DNA of 64,000 nt from Paraspadella gotoi (Eukaryota; Animalia; Chaetognatha), in the NCBI GenBank assembly GCA_051294375.1, contig CM119269.1:19038418-19102417 (forward strand). Reading direction: 5' to 3'. Position numbers and translations under genes: made by a program. The stretch's first letter is position 1. Every line of letters starts with the position of its first letter. The notes beneath the pieces were generated by a model that worked only from the letters and a program-made list of their open reading frames with translations, did not search any database and was not told where the DNA came from. Below, one piece after another: positions 13,626-24,500 of this stretch.

Positions 13626-16600
13626 ATGCCCATCACCAAGATGTCCGTTTCTTCCTGGGACTACGTCATTTTCGCGGCTTGTCTCGCCGTCTCGGCCGGG
13701 ATCGGCGTCTATTACAGGTCGGTCTCATCGACTGTCGTCTGCAGTCCGCTCGAATTGTCCAGCTCAATTTCCTCACGACTGAGTAGTTTTTAATTTCTCA
13801 TTTTTAATTCTGTCAAACCTTGGGAATCCATGCCTTTCGTGTAGCCAATCTTTGTTCCGTCGTCCGCGTACCACTTCATTTCGTCCAACATTGTCTCCAA
13901 ATTTTTTAAAGTTGTCCCCGTATTCATCTCAGCGTCAACTTCGTCATCTACCTCGTCACCTTCAGCCGACACGAGATTGATATTTATGCGACGACGTTCG
14001 CTCGGAGGAAGGAAAAAAAAAAGAGACTCGAATATTCTCGATACTTCGACGCAGTCGCGGGTCACGTGACCGAGCTATAAATTCCTTTTCTTCATGAATT
14101 AAAAGACATTTTCTTTTTTTTGGGGGGGGAGTGGGGGGGGGTGGAGGGCACCGCGGCAGTTTCGTTGGGTGAGTGCATGTTTAAACAAATTAAATCAGCT
14201 TCGACAAAATTTTGCGTAAATCGGGTGTCGGGCCCCTGTCTCCCTCGACCCGTCGGTGAGCCTGGTCGTTGAGCGATGGGTCAAAATAGTGGAGGGCTGG
14301 AGGGCAAAGTGGAGGGCGCTGGAGCATCTTGGGTCTTCGTAGGTGAGGAATGAAAAAAGGACAAAAGAGAGTTAGGAAAAATTAAATTTGCATGTCGCGG
14401 CTTTCGTTCCGTTGCAACTGAATTATCAACTCTGTTGATTATCTTATGTTTTGAAGTATCAGTATTATTTATTTACCGACTGGACTACAAAACTACTCGA
14501 TATTACAGATATTAGCCAGTATTCACTAATAGTAAATCTTGGGGGCTGAAAAAGAAAACTCGCCATCTGTCCGCAAAACACTTCCTTCAACCAAAAAAAA
14601 AAACAAAAAACAAAAAACATAAAGAATTGGACTGAAAATTGCCGGGTAACGCGGTGGCCGGAAAAAACGACGTTTCTCACCATTTGTCTCGCGATATTCA
14701 TTTGCGGCTGTTTTCCAGCTAATGATTTTGCCTGCCTCTCTCGCCTCGCCTGATTTCGCCTGCCTCTCTGTCTCTTTTCTCCGCCCTAGCATTTTTCTCT
14801 CACACGGCGTCCTAATTGCGGGATGACAGAAAATCCCTTACCCACGCACTATTCACGCCAGAAGATATTCACCATCCATTAATAATCATTCAGCGATGCA
14901 TCGTATATTTCTTAGATAGGTTTTTAAATTTTTTTTTATATTTATTCTGTTTATTTTTTTTTTTTTTTTGAAAATGGCGCAACCAATATAAAACCAATCA
15001 ATTCATTGATTATAATTTAGATGAGTTAAAGTAATATCACTACTGAAGACGACCAGTAATTATTGATAAGTGTTAATGACAGAACCGTTCAATATAAGCA
15101 GTCCCTGAGCTTCGATCAGGCTGTAACACCGAGTTACAGGCGGGTTAAGCGCCCCGTCCCTCTTAACTGCCAGACGACCACCGGGCTAGAACCCCGGACC
15201 TTTGGGTTGGGAGGCGAATGACTTGCCTCCGGCACCAATGGCCGCTGATGAACGGTTGGTGGGTTTTAGTCCACCATACATCCCCCCCTCCCGTAGGAAG
15301 ATGTCTGTTGCGTCTCTTCAGTGAATTGTTGTTGTTGTGGAAAGGCGTCACCAAGTTGAGGCATGTCGCCTGATGTGTTGTTGGGCGGAAAGTGCATCGC
15401 CAGGTTGAGGCATGTCGCCTGAAAGTGTTGTTGTTGCTGTTGTGTTCGGAAGTCGGGCTCACCAATGAAGAGACAGTGATATTTGTTATGTGTTAGTGAT
15501 AGAACCGTTCAATATAAAGCAGTCCCTGAGCTTCGGATCAGGCTGTAACACCGAGTTACAGGCGGGTTAAGCGCCCCGTCCCTCTTAACTGCCAGACGAC
15601 CACCGGGCTAGAACCCCGACCTTTGGGTTGGGAGGCGAATGACTTGCCTCCCGGCACCAATGGCCGCTGATGAACGGTTGGTGGGTTTTAGTCCACCATA
15701 CTACCCTATTTTGCCTCTGGCTTTACTTTATCGTTGAGCTACTTTGCTTCTGCCTTTCATTTCAATTCAAATCTCCTTTCCCCATATCCCGACTTCATTA
15801 TTCCGCCGTTTTGATATTTTTATCATCTTATAATTTTGTCATTGCAGATTTGCGGGCGGGCGGCAATCAACGACGGAGGAATTCCTGATGGCCAACCGGC
15901 AGATGTCGTTAGTTCCGGTTTCGATGTCGCTCTTGGCCACTTTCATCTCGGCCATCACGTTGTTGGGAACGCCCACCGAGATATTCGTCAATGGACGCAG
16001 GTGAATATAAGAATATGGAATTAATAAGAATATACAATTAATGATAAGTTACATTAAGACTAATGGGTTAATATGTTTTAAAATGAACGGAGAAAGTAAA
16101 CTAATTTTACAAAAATCATTTACTAGGAGATATGTGTATCGATAAAACGGTTTTTATTTTTTATGAATCAGTACGTTATACTCGCCATATCTAACGTTGT
16201 AATGATCCCCATCGCTGCCTATCTTTACATCCCCGTCTTCTACGACTAAGACTAACCTCAGCCTACGAATACTTGGAACGACGTTTCAACAAAGGTAAAG
16301 AAATTCTAAAAAGCGATCGCATCGTCAGAAAGTTGGATTTATCGTTTTCCTTGCTCATTTATCAGTCAAATTATTGCGTAATTATAAAAAAATAATTAAA
16401 AGAAAAATTTCAATTTGCATCTTGCAGTGTTACATTCCATTGGTTTAAAACTTAACTTACAATGTAAATATATCTTTACATAGAATTAGAAGAAAATATA
16501 ATTTTCTATCGTGTTTTATAATTTTTGTAGTTCAAACAACCGATCGTTTTCAACAGCACTGAATTCAAAATTTTATAGATGTAACACATGCAATAAATAT

Positions 16601-19600
16601 TCAATCTTTTGCAAAAGCGGATTTCGTGGATAAATATTAGTTAAAAACAATACCAGAGCTTTACGTCGTAGGAAAATAGTAATGTATGTATAATATACAT
16701 ATACATTGTATATGTTAATATCGTTTTTGTTATTAATAAAAAATAGGAATATAAACATTGCGCGCCTTTTTACCGATAAAGAGGGAAAGTGCTAAAAAGT
16801 TTAACATCAACTATTCTACATTTTAAATTCAATGAACCAAAAATAACAAATAATCCTTGGATAAAAACAAATTTTTTTCGACCTTCCAAAACCCTCGAGC
16901 CACCCGCACCGCGGCGACTCTGATATACTCGGCCGAGATGACCATCTACATGTCCATCGTTCTCTACGCCCCCTGTCTCGCCGTCAGCGCCGTCACTGGC
17001 ATCAACGTCTGGCTCCTCATCATCGTCGCCGGCGCCATTTGCGTCTTCTACACTTCGCTTGGCGGGCTGAAGGTGAGGGATTGAAGATGGGCAATGAATT
17101 TCAAGTATGTCATCCTTCAGATCCTTCTTCCCCGGGGGCGGTGCTAGGGGCGGCCCCTCGGGGTGGTTCCGCGGGGCGGCCCCGAAGTCTGAGCGGGACT
17201 TCAGGGTGACGGAATTCTTTTTTCACACTTATTTTCCCTCCTCCCTCACCCTTCCCTTCCCTCGCGACAGGCGGTCATCTGGACCGACACGTTCCAGGTG
17301 ACCATCATGTACGCCGGCCTGATTCTGGCCCTCATCTTGGGTTCCTCTGCGGTCGACGGTGGCCTGAGCGGCGCCTGGCGCCTGGCGGCGGAGCGGGGCA
17401 GGATTGAGTTCGACAATTTGGACCCGAGCCCCTTCGAGCGTCACACCATCTGGGGTCTCGGCATCGGAGGCACTGTCGTCTGGCTGGGAATTTACTCTGT
17501 CAATCAGGCCGCGGNNNNNNNNNNNNNNNNNNNNNNNNNNNNNNNNNNNNNNNNNNNNNNNNNNNNNNNNNNNNNNNNNNNNNNNNNNNNNNNNNNNNNN
17601 NNNNNNNNNNNNNNNNNNNNNNNNNNNNNNNNNNNNNNNNNNNNNNNNNNNNNNNNNNNNNNNNNNNNNNNNNNNNNNNNNNNNNNNNNNNNNNNNNNNN
17701 NNNNNNNNNNNNNNNNNNNNNNNNNNNNNNNNNNNNNNNNNNNNNNNNNNNNNNNNNNNNNNNNNNNNNNNNNNNNNNNNNNNNNNNNNNNNNNNNNNNN
17801 NNNNNNNNNNNNNNNNNNNNNNNNNNNNNNNNNNNNNNNNNNNNNNNNNNNNNNNNNNNNNACATTCTCTTAAAAGCCCATCATTAGCCCTTCTCCTTTC
17901 CTCTATCAAGGTTCAGCGTTGCCTGGCCTGCCCGACCCTCCGCCAGGCCCAAATCGCCATGTGGATCAACGCCCCTGGCCTTGCTCTCTTCATCCTCCTC
18001 ACGTCGACGCTGGGCCTGCTCATCTTCGCCCGATACGNNNNNNNNNNNNNNNNNNNNNNNNNNNNNNNNNNNNNNNNNNNNNNNNNNNNNNNNNNNNNNN
18101 NNNNNNNNNNNNNNNNTTACCATCATAACGGTCCCATATCATTGAAGGATGAACTCGGTCTCTTCGGAGGCGTGAGTTCGAATCTCACCGCTGCCACCAC
18201 ATTGAAGGATAAACTCATGGATTTCAAAACCAGATTTATTCTGAGAATAATAAAGTGACGGTGAGACACACGCAGGAGTCTAGATTAATTCTACTGAAAG
18301 TCTGAAACTAAGGAAAGCTAGGTCTATTTATATCTAGAGAAGAGGATCAGAGGCAAGGGTTATTTTGACAGTTCCATTGATTCTGCAAGCTGATTGGTCG
18401 ATGCCGGTTAAATCTCGACCGATCACGATTCAGTGATTCCGATTCTGCGGCGATCGCCCGAATCCTCCGATCCGATTTCACTTCAAGTGAGGCCGAGTCT
18501 CCTCCACTTAAGAACCCCTCTCGCCAAACTAATGCTGGTCCTCCAAATATATTGAAAAAAAAAAAGCCAGACTTTGGCTAATCGATTAAAATCGTTAACT
18601 CGATCCCTCCCATCCTTCGAGGACGTCATCCGCCCCTACGTCCTTCCCTCAATCGACGACGCCACAGCCACTCGCGTCTCCAAGGCGCTCATCGTCGTCT
18701 TCGGCGTCGTTTGCGTCGCCCTCACGTGGGTGGCGTCGCGTTTGGGCGGAATCCTCGTCGCCTCCCTCACCTTCAACAGCGCCTTGGGCGGACCCATCCT
18801 CGGGGTGTTCACGCTCGGCCTCTTCGTGCCCTTCGCCAACGCCGCGGGGGCGATGGCAGGTCGGTAGAGGTAACGGAAGATTGTCTGTCCGATCGATAAT
18901 TCGATGGTTTTGTTCGTTGCTTGCTATTTTCAATGTGATTGGTACGATGTTGAGGATTTGATTGGGTTTAATCCTGATACAATCATTTTTTTTTGTTGGA
19001 TTCTCAGATGCCATTTGCTATTTTTTTATTTAAAAAATCGGTTTAAGACATAACTTTATTTATAAAATCCTCCTTCGTTCATTTATCCATTTTTTTTTGT
19101 TTTTCAAGTCTTTTTTCATCAGGCCTGGCGACGTCTTTGGGCGTCTCTCTGTGGATCGCGCTCGGATCTATGACGAATCCTCCCCCGCGATCGACCCTTT
19201 GTCAATCGACGACAAATTGCAGCGCCTTCAACGCAACCATCAACTTCAACGCCTCCGCGGTGCCATCGATGCGGTGCCATCAGGTCCTGTTGGAACCGGA
19301 GGCGGAAGAGTACGAGGGACTGTGGCTCTACCGGATCTCGTACATCTGGTTAGATCGGAGAGANNNNNNNNNNNNNNNNNNNNNNNNNNNNNNNNNNNNN
19401 NNNNNNNNNNNNNNNNNNNNNNNNNNNNNNNNNNNNNNNNNNNNNNNNNNNNNNNNNNNNNNNNNNNNNNNNNNNNNNNNNNNNNNNNNNNNNNNNNNNN
19501 NNNNNNNNNNNNNNNNNNNNNNNNNNNNNNNNNNNNNNNNNNNNNNNNACATAATTTCGACAAATTCGCCAACCACAGGTACAGCACCATCTCCGTTCTC

Positions 19601-19774
19601 GTCGTCCTCATTGTCGGCATCATCGTCACTCTTGTTTCCGGCCGGCGTCGATGGGCGTCGCCCGGCGCGCATCTCGTTTCTCCCGGCATCGCCCGATTCG
19701 TAGCAACCAAGGAGGAAATAAAAGTAGATGTAGACAAACAAGAAAAGACAGCGACGGAGAATTCTGCTTTTTGA
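13626..19774 (+). CDS. Sodium:solute symporter of the SLC5A5/SLC5A6/SLC5A8/SLC5A12 (NIS/SMVT/SMCT) clade, multi-exon
   Basis: Manually assembled exons: 13626-13717 (MPITKMSVSSWDYVIFAACLAVSAGIGVYY), 15848-16000 (FAGGRQSTTEEFLMANRQMSLVPVSMSLLATFISAITLLGTPTEIFVNG), 16172-16293 (..IPVFY..LTSAYEYLERRFNK), 16900-17072 (..YMSIVLYAPCLA..FYTSLGGLK), 17271-17513 (AVIWTDTFQ..DPSPFERHTIW..YSVNQAA), 17911-into N gap (VQRCLACPTLRQAQ..), 18622-18859 (DVIRP..GPILGVFTLGLFVPFANAAGA), 19123-19348 (..LYRISYIW), 19579-19774 (..ENSAF*). GGLKAVIWTD, SAYEYLERRF, NQAxVQR and LYRISYxW are family hallmarks. Two apparent 1-nt deletions at ~15995 and ~16244. Confidence 0.93.
15044..15700 (-). mobile_element. Complete non-autonomous LTR retrotransposon (TRIM) with a tRNA-like segment in each LTR, in intron 1 of the SLC5 gene
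   Basis: Near-identical 235-bp direct repeats at 15044-15278 and 15466-15700. 4-bp TSD ctac at 15040-43 and 15701-04. On the - strand the LTR ends ...CTCTTCA and is followed after 1 nt by TGGTGAGCCCGAC (15452-15464), a PBS matching the usual tRNA-Trp 3' end GTCGGGGTCACCA at 12/13. PPT GGGAGGGGGGGA (15281-15292) precedes the other LTR. No coding capacity. Confidence 0.92.
15174..15245 (-). ncRNA. tRNA-like (Gly-CCC-like) 72-nt segment inside the TRIM LTR, a putative Pol III promoter and not a functional tRNA
   Basis: - strand: GCGGCCA TT GGTGCCGGAGGCAAGTCA TTCGC CTCCCAA CCCAA AGGT CCGGG GTTCTAG CCCGG TGGTCGT. A 7-bp acceptor stem (1-7/66-72, two G:U), a 5-bp T stem at 49-53/61-65 with a B-box-like GGTTCTAGCCC, and a CTCCCAA anticodon-like loop. 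D and anticodon stems are degenerate. Also at 60161-60232 (+). Confidence 0.7.
17515..17861. other. Assembly gaps (N runs)
   Basis: Further N runs at 18038-18116, 19364-19548, 21138-21162, 21354-21364, 40447-40471 and 40664-41010. Confidence 1.
18158..18199 (+). tRNA. 3' half of tRNA-Leu including CCA (fragment, not a gene)
   Basis: gtctcttcggaggcgtgagttcgaatctcaccgctgcca+cca: long variable arm GTCTC-TTCG-GAGGC, T arm GTGAG-TTCGAAT-CTCAC, acceptor 3' strand CGCTGCCA, then CCA. This closely matches the 3' half of metazoan tRNA-Leu(AAG/TAG). The 5' half is absent. Confidence 0.85.
18203..18485 (-). mobile_element. LTR (283 bp) of a second LTR-retroelement family in an SLC5 intron
   Basis: Inverted termini TGAAG...CTTCA. 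On the - strand: TATAAATA (18325-18332), AATAAA (18235-18240) ~30 nt before the CA end, then 3 nt and TGGTGGCAGCGGTGAGAT, a tRNA-Leu PBS typical of Gypsy-like elements. No TSD was found. Confidence 0.65.
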
Positions 19775-20443
19775 TTTTTTGTAAAAGAAATGGATATCAA
19801 CGTGATGTTTACATTATACATATCAGTGTTGTAATGATCTTAAGTTACAACTCATATCGTTTTTACCGCAACGATTTTAATTGTTTAATAAATTGTTCTT
19901 CTTGAGACTTGATGTTACGATATTTTGTTATATATATTCCATCTCTAGTAATTACATTTTTTTAAACTAAATTCATAGAACACAAAAAAGAGAAAAAATT
20001 TTGTTTTTGGCATAGTGAACAACTTTTCCGAAAGATGTCGCTTGATTACAAACAAAGGACAATTATATTTTTTACCGTAATATCAAATAATTGGGTTTAT
20101 TGTTATAAAAATATTTTTCTTGTGTATCTACGATACGACTTACGTCGTTATTTATACTTGTATTTGTTTTTCAACATTCTGTCAACAACGTACATTGTGA
20201 ATAGGGAAGGGAAATTAGAACTGAATCCAAAATAAATCGGATTGAGAGCAAAATTAAACCTTTTCCAATTAACTCATTGACTCTAACAATGAACTCAAAC
20301 CTGTTTTCAAAATGATCTGTAGAGATTTTAAAAACAGGTTTAAAAAAAATTCAGGTTTTTGACATTTATCGAAAAAAATATTAAAAACTTAAAAATGTTT
20401 AAATCGATCTCGAGTTGAATGAAAAAGTAAGGCACCCGTCGAA

Positions 20444-20486
<43 letters not shown>

Positions 20487-21162
20487 TCTCCTCTCTCGTC
20501 GTCTCTCATCTCCTATTCTCTCTCTCATCTCTCTTCGCTCCCTCTCCCGTCCCCTTCTGAAATTCAACGAGCCCAACTGTCCAAACGCCACTAGAATGTT
20601 TTTCGAAAGAGCAGAAATCCCCGATTTTTGTCACTCAACCCTTGAGAAACGGACGAAAAAAATTTGTAAGAAAAAAAAACCCTAAGAATCAGTGATGGCC
20701 ACAATGTGTTTAGTCGCAGCACGTTTAAAACTCTTCCTTCTTAAATCAGTCGACGTAGGATCAGTTTCAACTCTATTAGAAAATATGAAAAAAAAACAAC
20801 TGTTTTAAAATTTCCTTTCGTTAATACGTAAAAGTCCGATAAATCCTCTTATCTCATATTTTTAGATTTTTCTGACTTAAGCGCTGTACAACTCATATTC
20901 TGGCAACCTCTTTATTTCTAATGACGAAATTTTGTGTACTTAAATGATAAGACTTTTTATCTTTTATTTAGAAAAAGTTGTTTTTCTTTTAATTTTTGGA
21001 TTCTGTCTTGATCGGTTCGGTTAAATTTAAACGTTTGAAAAACATTTATTTCTTATTACATAATTTCATTATTAATCTGTAAAAATTAACTTCGATTCAT
21101 TCACCCTGCCGAATTTCGTTTTTAAAAATAATTCTTCNNNNNNNNNNNNNNNNNNNNNNNNN

Positions 21163-21514
21163 CTCTCTCTCTCTCTCTCGCTCTCTCTCCGCCCCTTCTG
21201 ATTCAAGAGTCCCAACTGGTTCCAAAGCACAGAATGTTTTTCGAAAGAGAGAAACCCGATTTTGTACTCAACCCTTGAGGAAACGGACGAAAAAAAATTG
21301 AAGAAAAAAAAACCCCTAAGAACTCAGTGACGGCCACAGATGTTTAATCGCGAANNNNNNNNNNTTATGTTGAAAAACATGTATTTCTTATACATAATTC
21401 ATTATTAATCTGTAAAAAATTACAACTTCGATTTCATTCACCCTGCCGAATTTCGATTTTAAAAATATTCTTAGTAGAGGTAAACGATTAGATAGTTTCG
21501 AGACATATGATATT
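21163..21514 (+). other. Small gap-flanked redundant copies of ~20535-20720 and ~21035-21135 (assembly overlap)
   Basis: ccccttctgattcaagagtcccaactg...gaatgtttttcgaaagag repeats 20551-20610. tattaatctgtaaaaaatt..cttcgatt..caccctgccgaatttcg repeats 21070-21120. Both are bounded by N runs. Confidence 0.8.
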
Positions 21515-24500
21515 CCCCTCCCCGCCCCGTCCCGCCTCCCGCGGCCTGCTTGCCCGCGTCCCTTCCCCGCCCGCCGCCGTGCCTCCGCTGCCGCGCGCCC
21601 CCTGGTGTGGCCGCCTCGCCGGGGCTCGGGTCCCCTTGTCGCCCTCCCTCCTGCCCCGCTCCGCCGCCCGGCGCCCGGCGCCGCTCCGGCCCCGTGCCCG
21701 CCGCGGCCCCCGCTGCGGGCCCCGCCTCCGGCCGGCGTCCCTGCTTGGTCCCTGGCCCGTGTAGGTCCCGCTGCCCGCCTGTCGCGCGGCCGGGCCGGGT
21801 GCGGCCGGCCCGCTCCGTGTGCCTTCCGTCCCCCTGCCGTCCCGCTCCCCTTCGGGGCCGCCCCGCGGCCCCGCGGGCCGCCCCTCGCCCCGCCCCCGCG
21901 GCGCCGGCTCTGCCGGCTGCCCTCCTTGCCCTTCCTTGCCCCTCTATCCCTCCCTCCCCTTCCGCCCGCCCCGCGCCGTGTTACGCCGCCGCCCTGGCGC
22001 CGGCGCCGCTGCTGCGGCGCCCGCCGTTTGCTGCCCGTGCCGGCGCTGCCGGCGCGCCGGGGGCGTCGCGCCGCGCTGGCGTCGCTGGTCCTCTCGGCCG
22101 CGTCTCTCCGCGTCGCCGCGGTGCCGGGGGCTCGCGGTTTTGGCCGGTCGCCCTTTGTTTTTCTCCCGGCTTCTTTGTTCTTTTTGGTTCCTTGCCTTCC
22201 CCTGTCGCCTCGTTGCTGTTCCCCTTTTCGCCCTTTCCGTCTTTCTCGGTCCCCCGGGCGCGCCCTGTTTCTCTTCCTCTTTTTCTTCCTCCCGCTCTTC
22301 CTCTCCCTGTCTAGTCTCATTCTCCCTCCTTCCTCTTTTCCTCAGGCCCGTCCCGCTCTGGTCTTGTTTTCCCTCCTCTTTCTCCACGCCCTCCGCTTTG
22401 CCCCGACCTTGCCTCTTTCCTTCCTGTGTTCCCTCTCTCCTTGCCTTCCGTGCTGTTGCCCCCGCTCGGTTTGTTTGCCCTCCCTTCTCCCGCTCGCCCT
22501 TCTCTTCTTCTCCTTCTCTGTCCGCTCTCTTTCCCTGCGCCGTCCTTTTCCCCTGGCCTGTTCCTCCTGCCCGGTCCCCCTTGCCCCTTTTCTTTTCCTT
22601 TAGTTCTCTTCCGCCCACCTCCTTTGCCTGCTCCCTTGCCGCTCCGGCCCGCTCCCTCCCCTTCCTGCCGGCTGCGCTCGCTTTTCGCCTTTCTTTCCCT
22701 TCTGTTGACCCGTCGTTCCCCTCTTCCGTCGGCTGCGGTTCTGTCTTCGTCGGTCGCCGCCGGGGCCTGTCCCGCTCGGCCGCGCCTGGGCTCCCTTCCT
22801 TCGCTCTGGCGCCGTCTCCCGTCCTGCCTTCCTCCCCTCCGATTTCTCGCTCCCCCTCTCTCCTCGTTCCCTGCTTTCTTTGTCCCTTCGTTTCCTTTCT
22901 CCGTTCCTTTCCCCTCCTCCCCTTCGTCTTCCTGTCTCTCCCTTCCTTGTCTCATTCTTCTTCCTTCCTCTTCTTCTCTTCCCTCTGCGTCCCTTGCCGC
23001 CTCTCTCGGTGGGCGTTCCCCCCGTGCTGGCCGCGCTGCCCGTAGGCCCGCGCGCCCTCGCCCCCGGCCCTCCCGCCCTCTGCCGGTTGGCCCTCCGGCC
23101 TTCCTCCGTCGTTGCTTGCCGCCCGCCCCCGCCCCTCTGCTGCCCTTCTCCGCTGCTCCTCTCCCCGGCGGCCTCACTGCCGTCGGCATCTTGGGGGCCC
23201 GGCGCTTTGCCTTGCCCTGCCCAGGCCGCCGCCCGTCGCCCCCGCTCCGTCGCCCGCGCGCCCCTCGGGCGTCGGTGGCCTCCCCCCCCCTGCCGTTTCT
23301 CCGCGGCCCCTTGGTGCCGGCGGCCTCCTTCGCCTCCCCCTCCCCCCGGTCCGGCGGTTCTCGCCCCGGTGTCGTCTGGCCGTTGCCGCGGGGCCGCGCT
23401 TGGGGCGCTTACCCGCCGCCTGTTCCCTCGGTGTTCCCGCCTTGCTCCGCCGCTCCGGGCCGCTATCTCTTGCCCGGTTCTCTCCTCCTCCCTCTCCCTG
23501 TCTCTTCCTTGGTGCGCCCGCATCCGCCCCCACCCCGCCCCCCTTTCCGGCGCCCCTGCCATTCCCCTGGCGCCTGCCCTTTTCCGCCCCCCCACCCTCC
23601 CGCGCCTGCCTCCCGTTGGTCCGCCACTTTCCCCCCCCCCCTTCCCATGCCGCGCCGCCCGCCCTCTTCCCCTCCGGCGGGGGCTGTCTTGGTGGCCTCC
23701 CCCCCGTTCTCGCCGGCCCTTGGTGCCGTTGCCGGCCCGTCCTTCGCCTCCCCCCGCCCCCGGATCCGGGGTTCTCCCCGGTGAAGTCGTCTGGCCCGTT
23801 CCGCGGGCCGGGCGTGCTTCCCCGCGCCTGTTCCCTCGGTGTTCCCGCCTGCCTCCGCCGCTCCGGGCCTGCTTCTCTTGTGCGTTCTGTCTTCCCTCTT
23901 CTCCTCTGTTTCCCTTGTCTCTGTCCGTCGTAGGCGTCTTCTGTCTTCCCTCACTCTCTCCTTCTCCTCCCTGCCTTGGCTTGGTTTTCTCTTGCGTTGG
24001 CCCTTTCTCTTCCCGCTGCGCCTCCCTTCCGCCTCGCCTTCCTCCCCTTTTTTTCTATCTTGTCCAGCCCCCATCTATCCGCCCTCTCCGCTGCCTTCGC
24101 CTGCCTGCTTCTTCCTGGCTGGTGCCTCTCTTCTGGCGTGCCTCGTGGCGTGGTCAGGGCTTTTCTGGTCCTCCCGCCCGATTGCGGGCCGCAGTGTGCC
24201 GCGCCCTGTCTCGGGCGGCGCCCGCGCCCGAGCGGCCGGCGCCTCCGGCGGCGGCGCGCGCCGGCCGGCCCCCTCCTTCGCTGGCCCCGCTGCCCCTGCC
24301 TCCTGCGCGCCCCTGGTGCGCTCACGCCCCGTCGTTTCTTCCGGCCCGCGTTCCCCGGCCTGTTCCGTCCCTCTTCTTTCTGTTTTGTTTTTGATAACAT
24401 TTTTTTTTTGGTTGCCGGCCTGTTTTTGCGGCCGCTGGCGCGTTTTCTGTTATCGTTCCGCCCGGCCCGCTTTCCCTCGTTCGTGCCTCTGCTCCTCTTC

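Noticed and set aside
15245-15300. Hammerhead ribozyme (retrozyme) in the LTR, prompted by CTGATGA
   Set aside because: No stem II followed by GAAA and no matching stem I/III was found. The motif is also antisense to the PBS/PPT-defined transcript.
18140-18216. CRISPR-like repeat-spacer-repeat
   Set aside because: Only two repeats, in a eukaryotic intron with no cas genes. It is better explained by LTR/tRNA reverse transcription.
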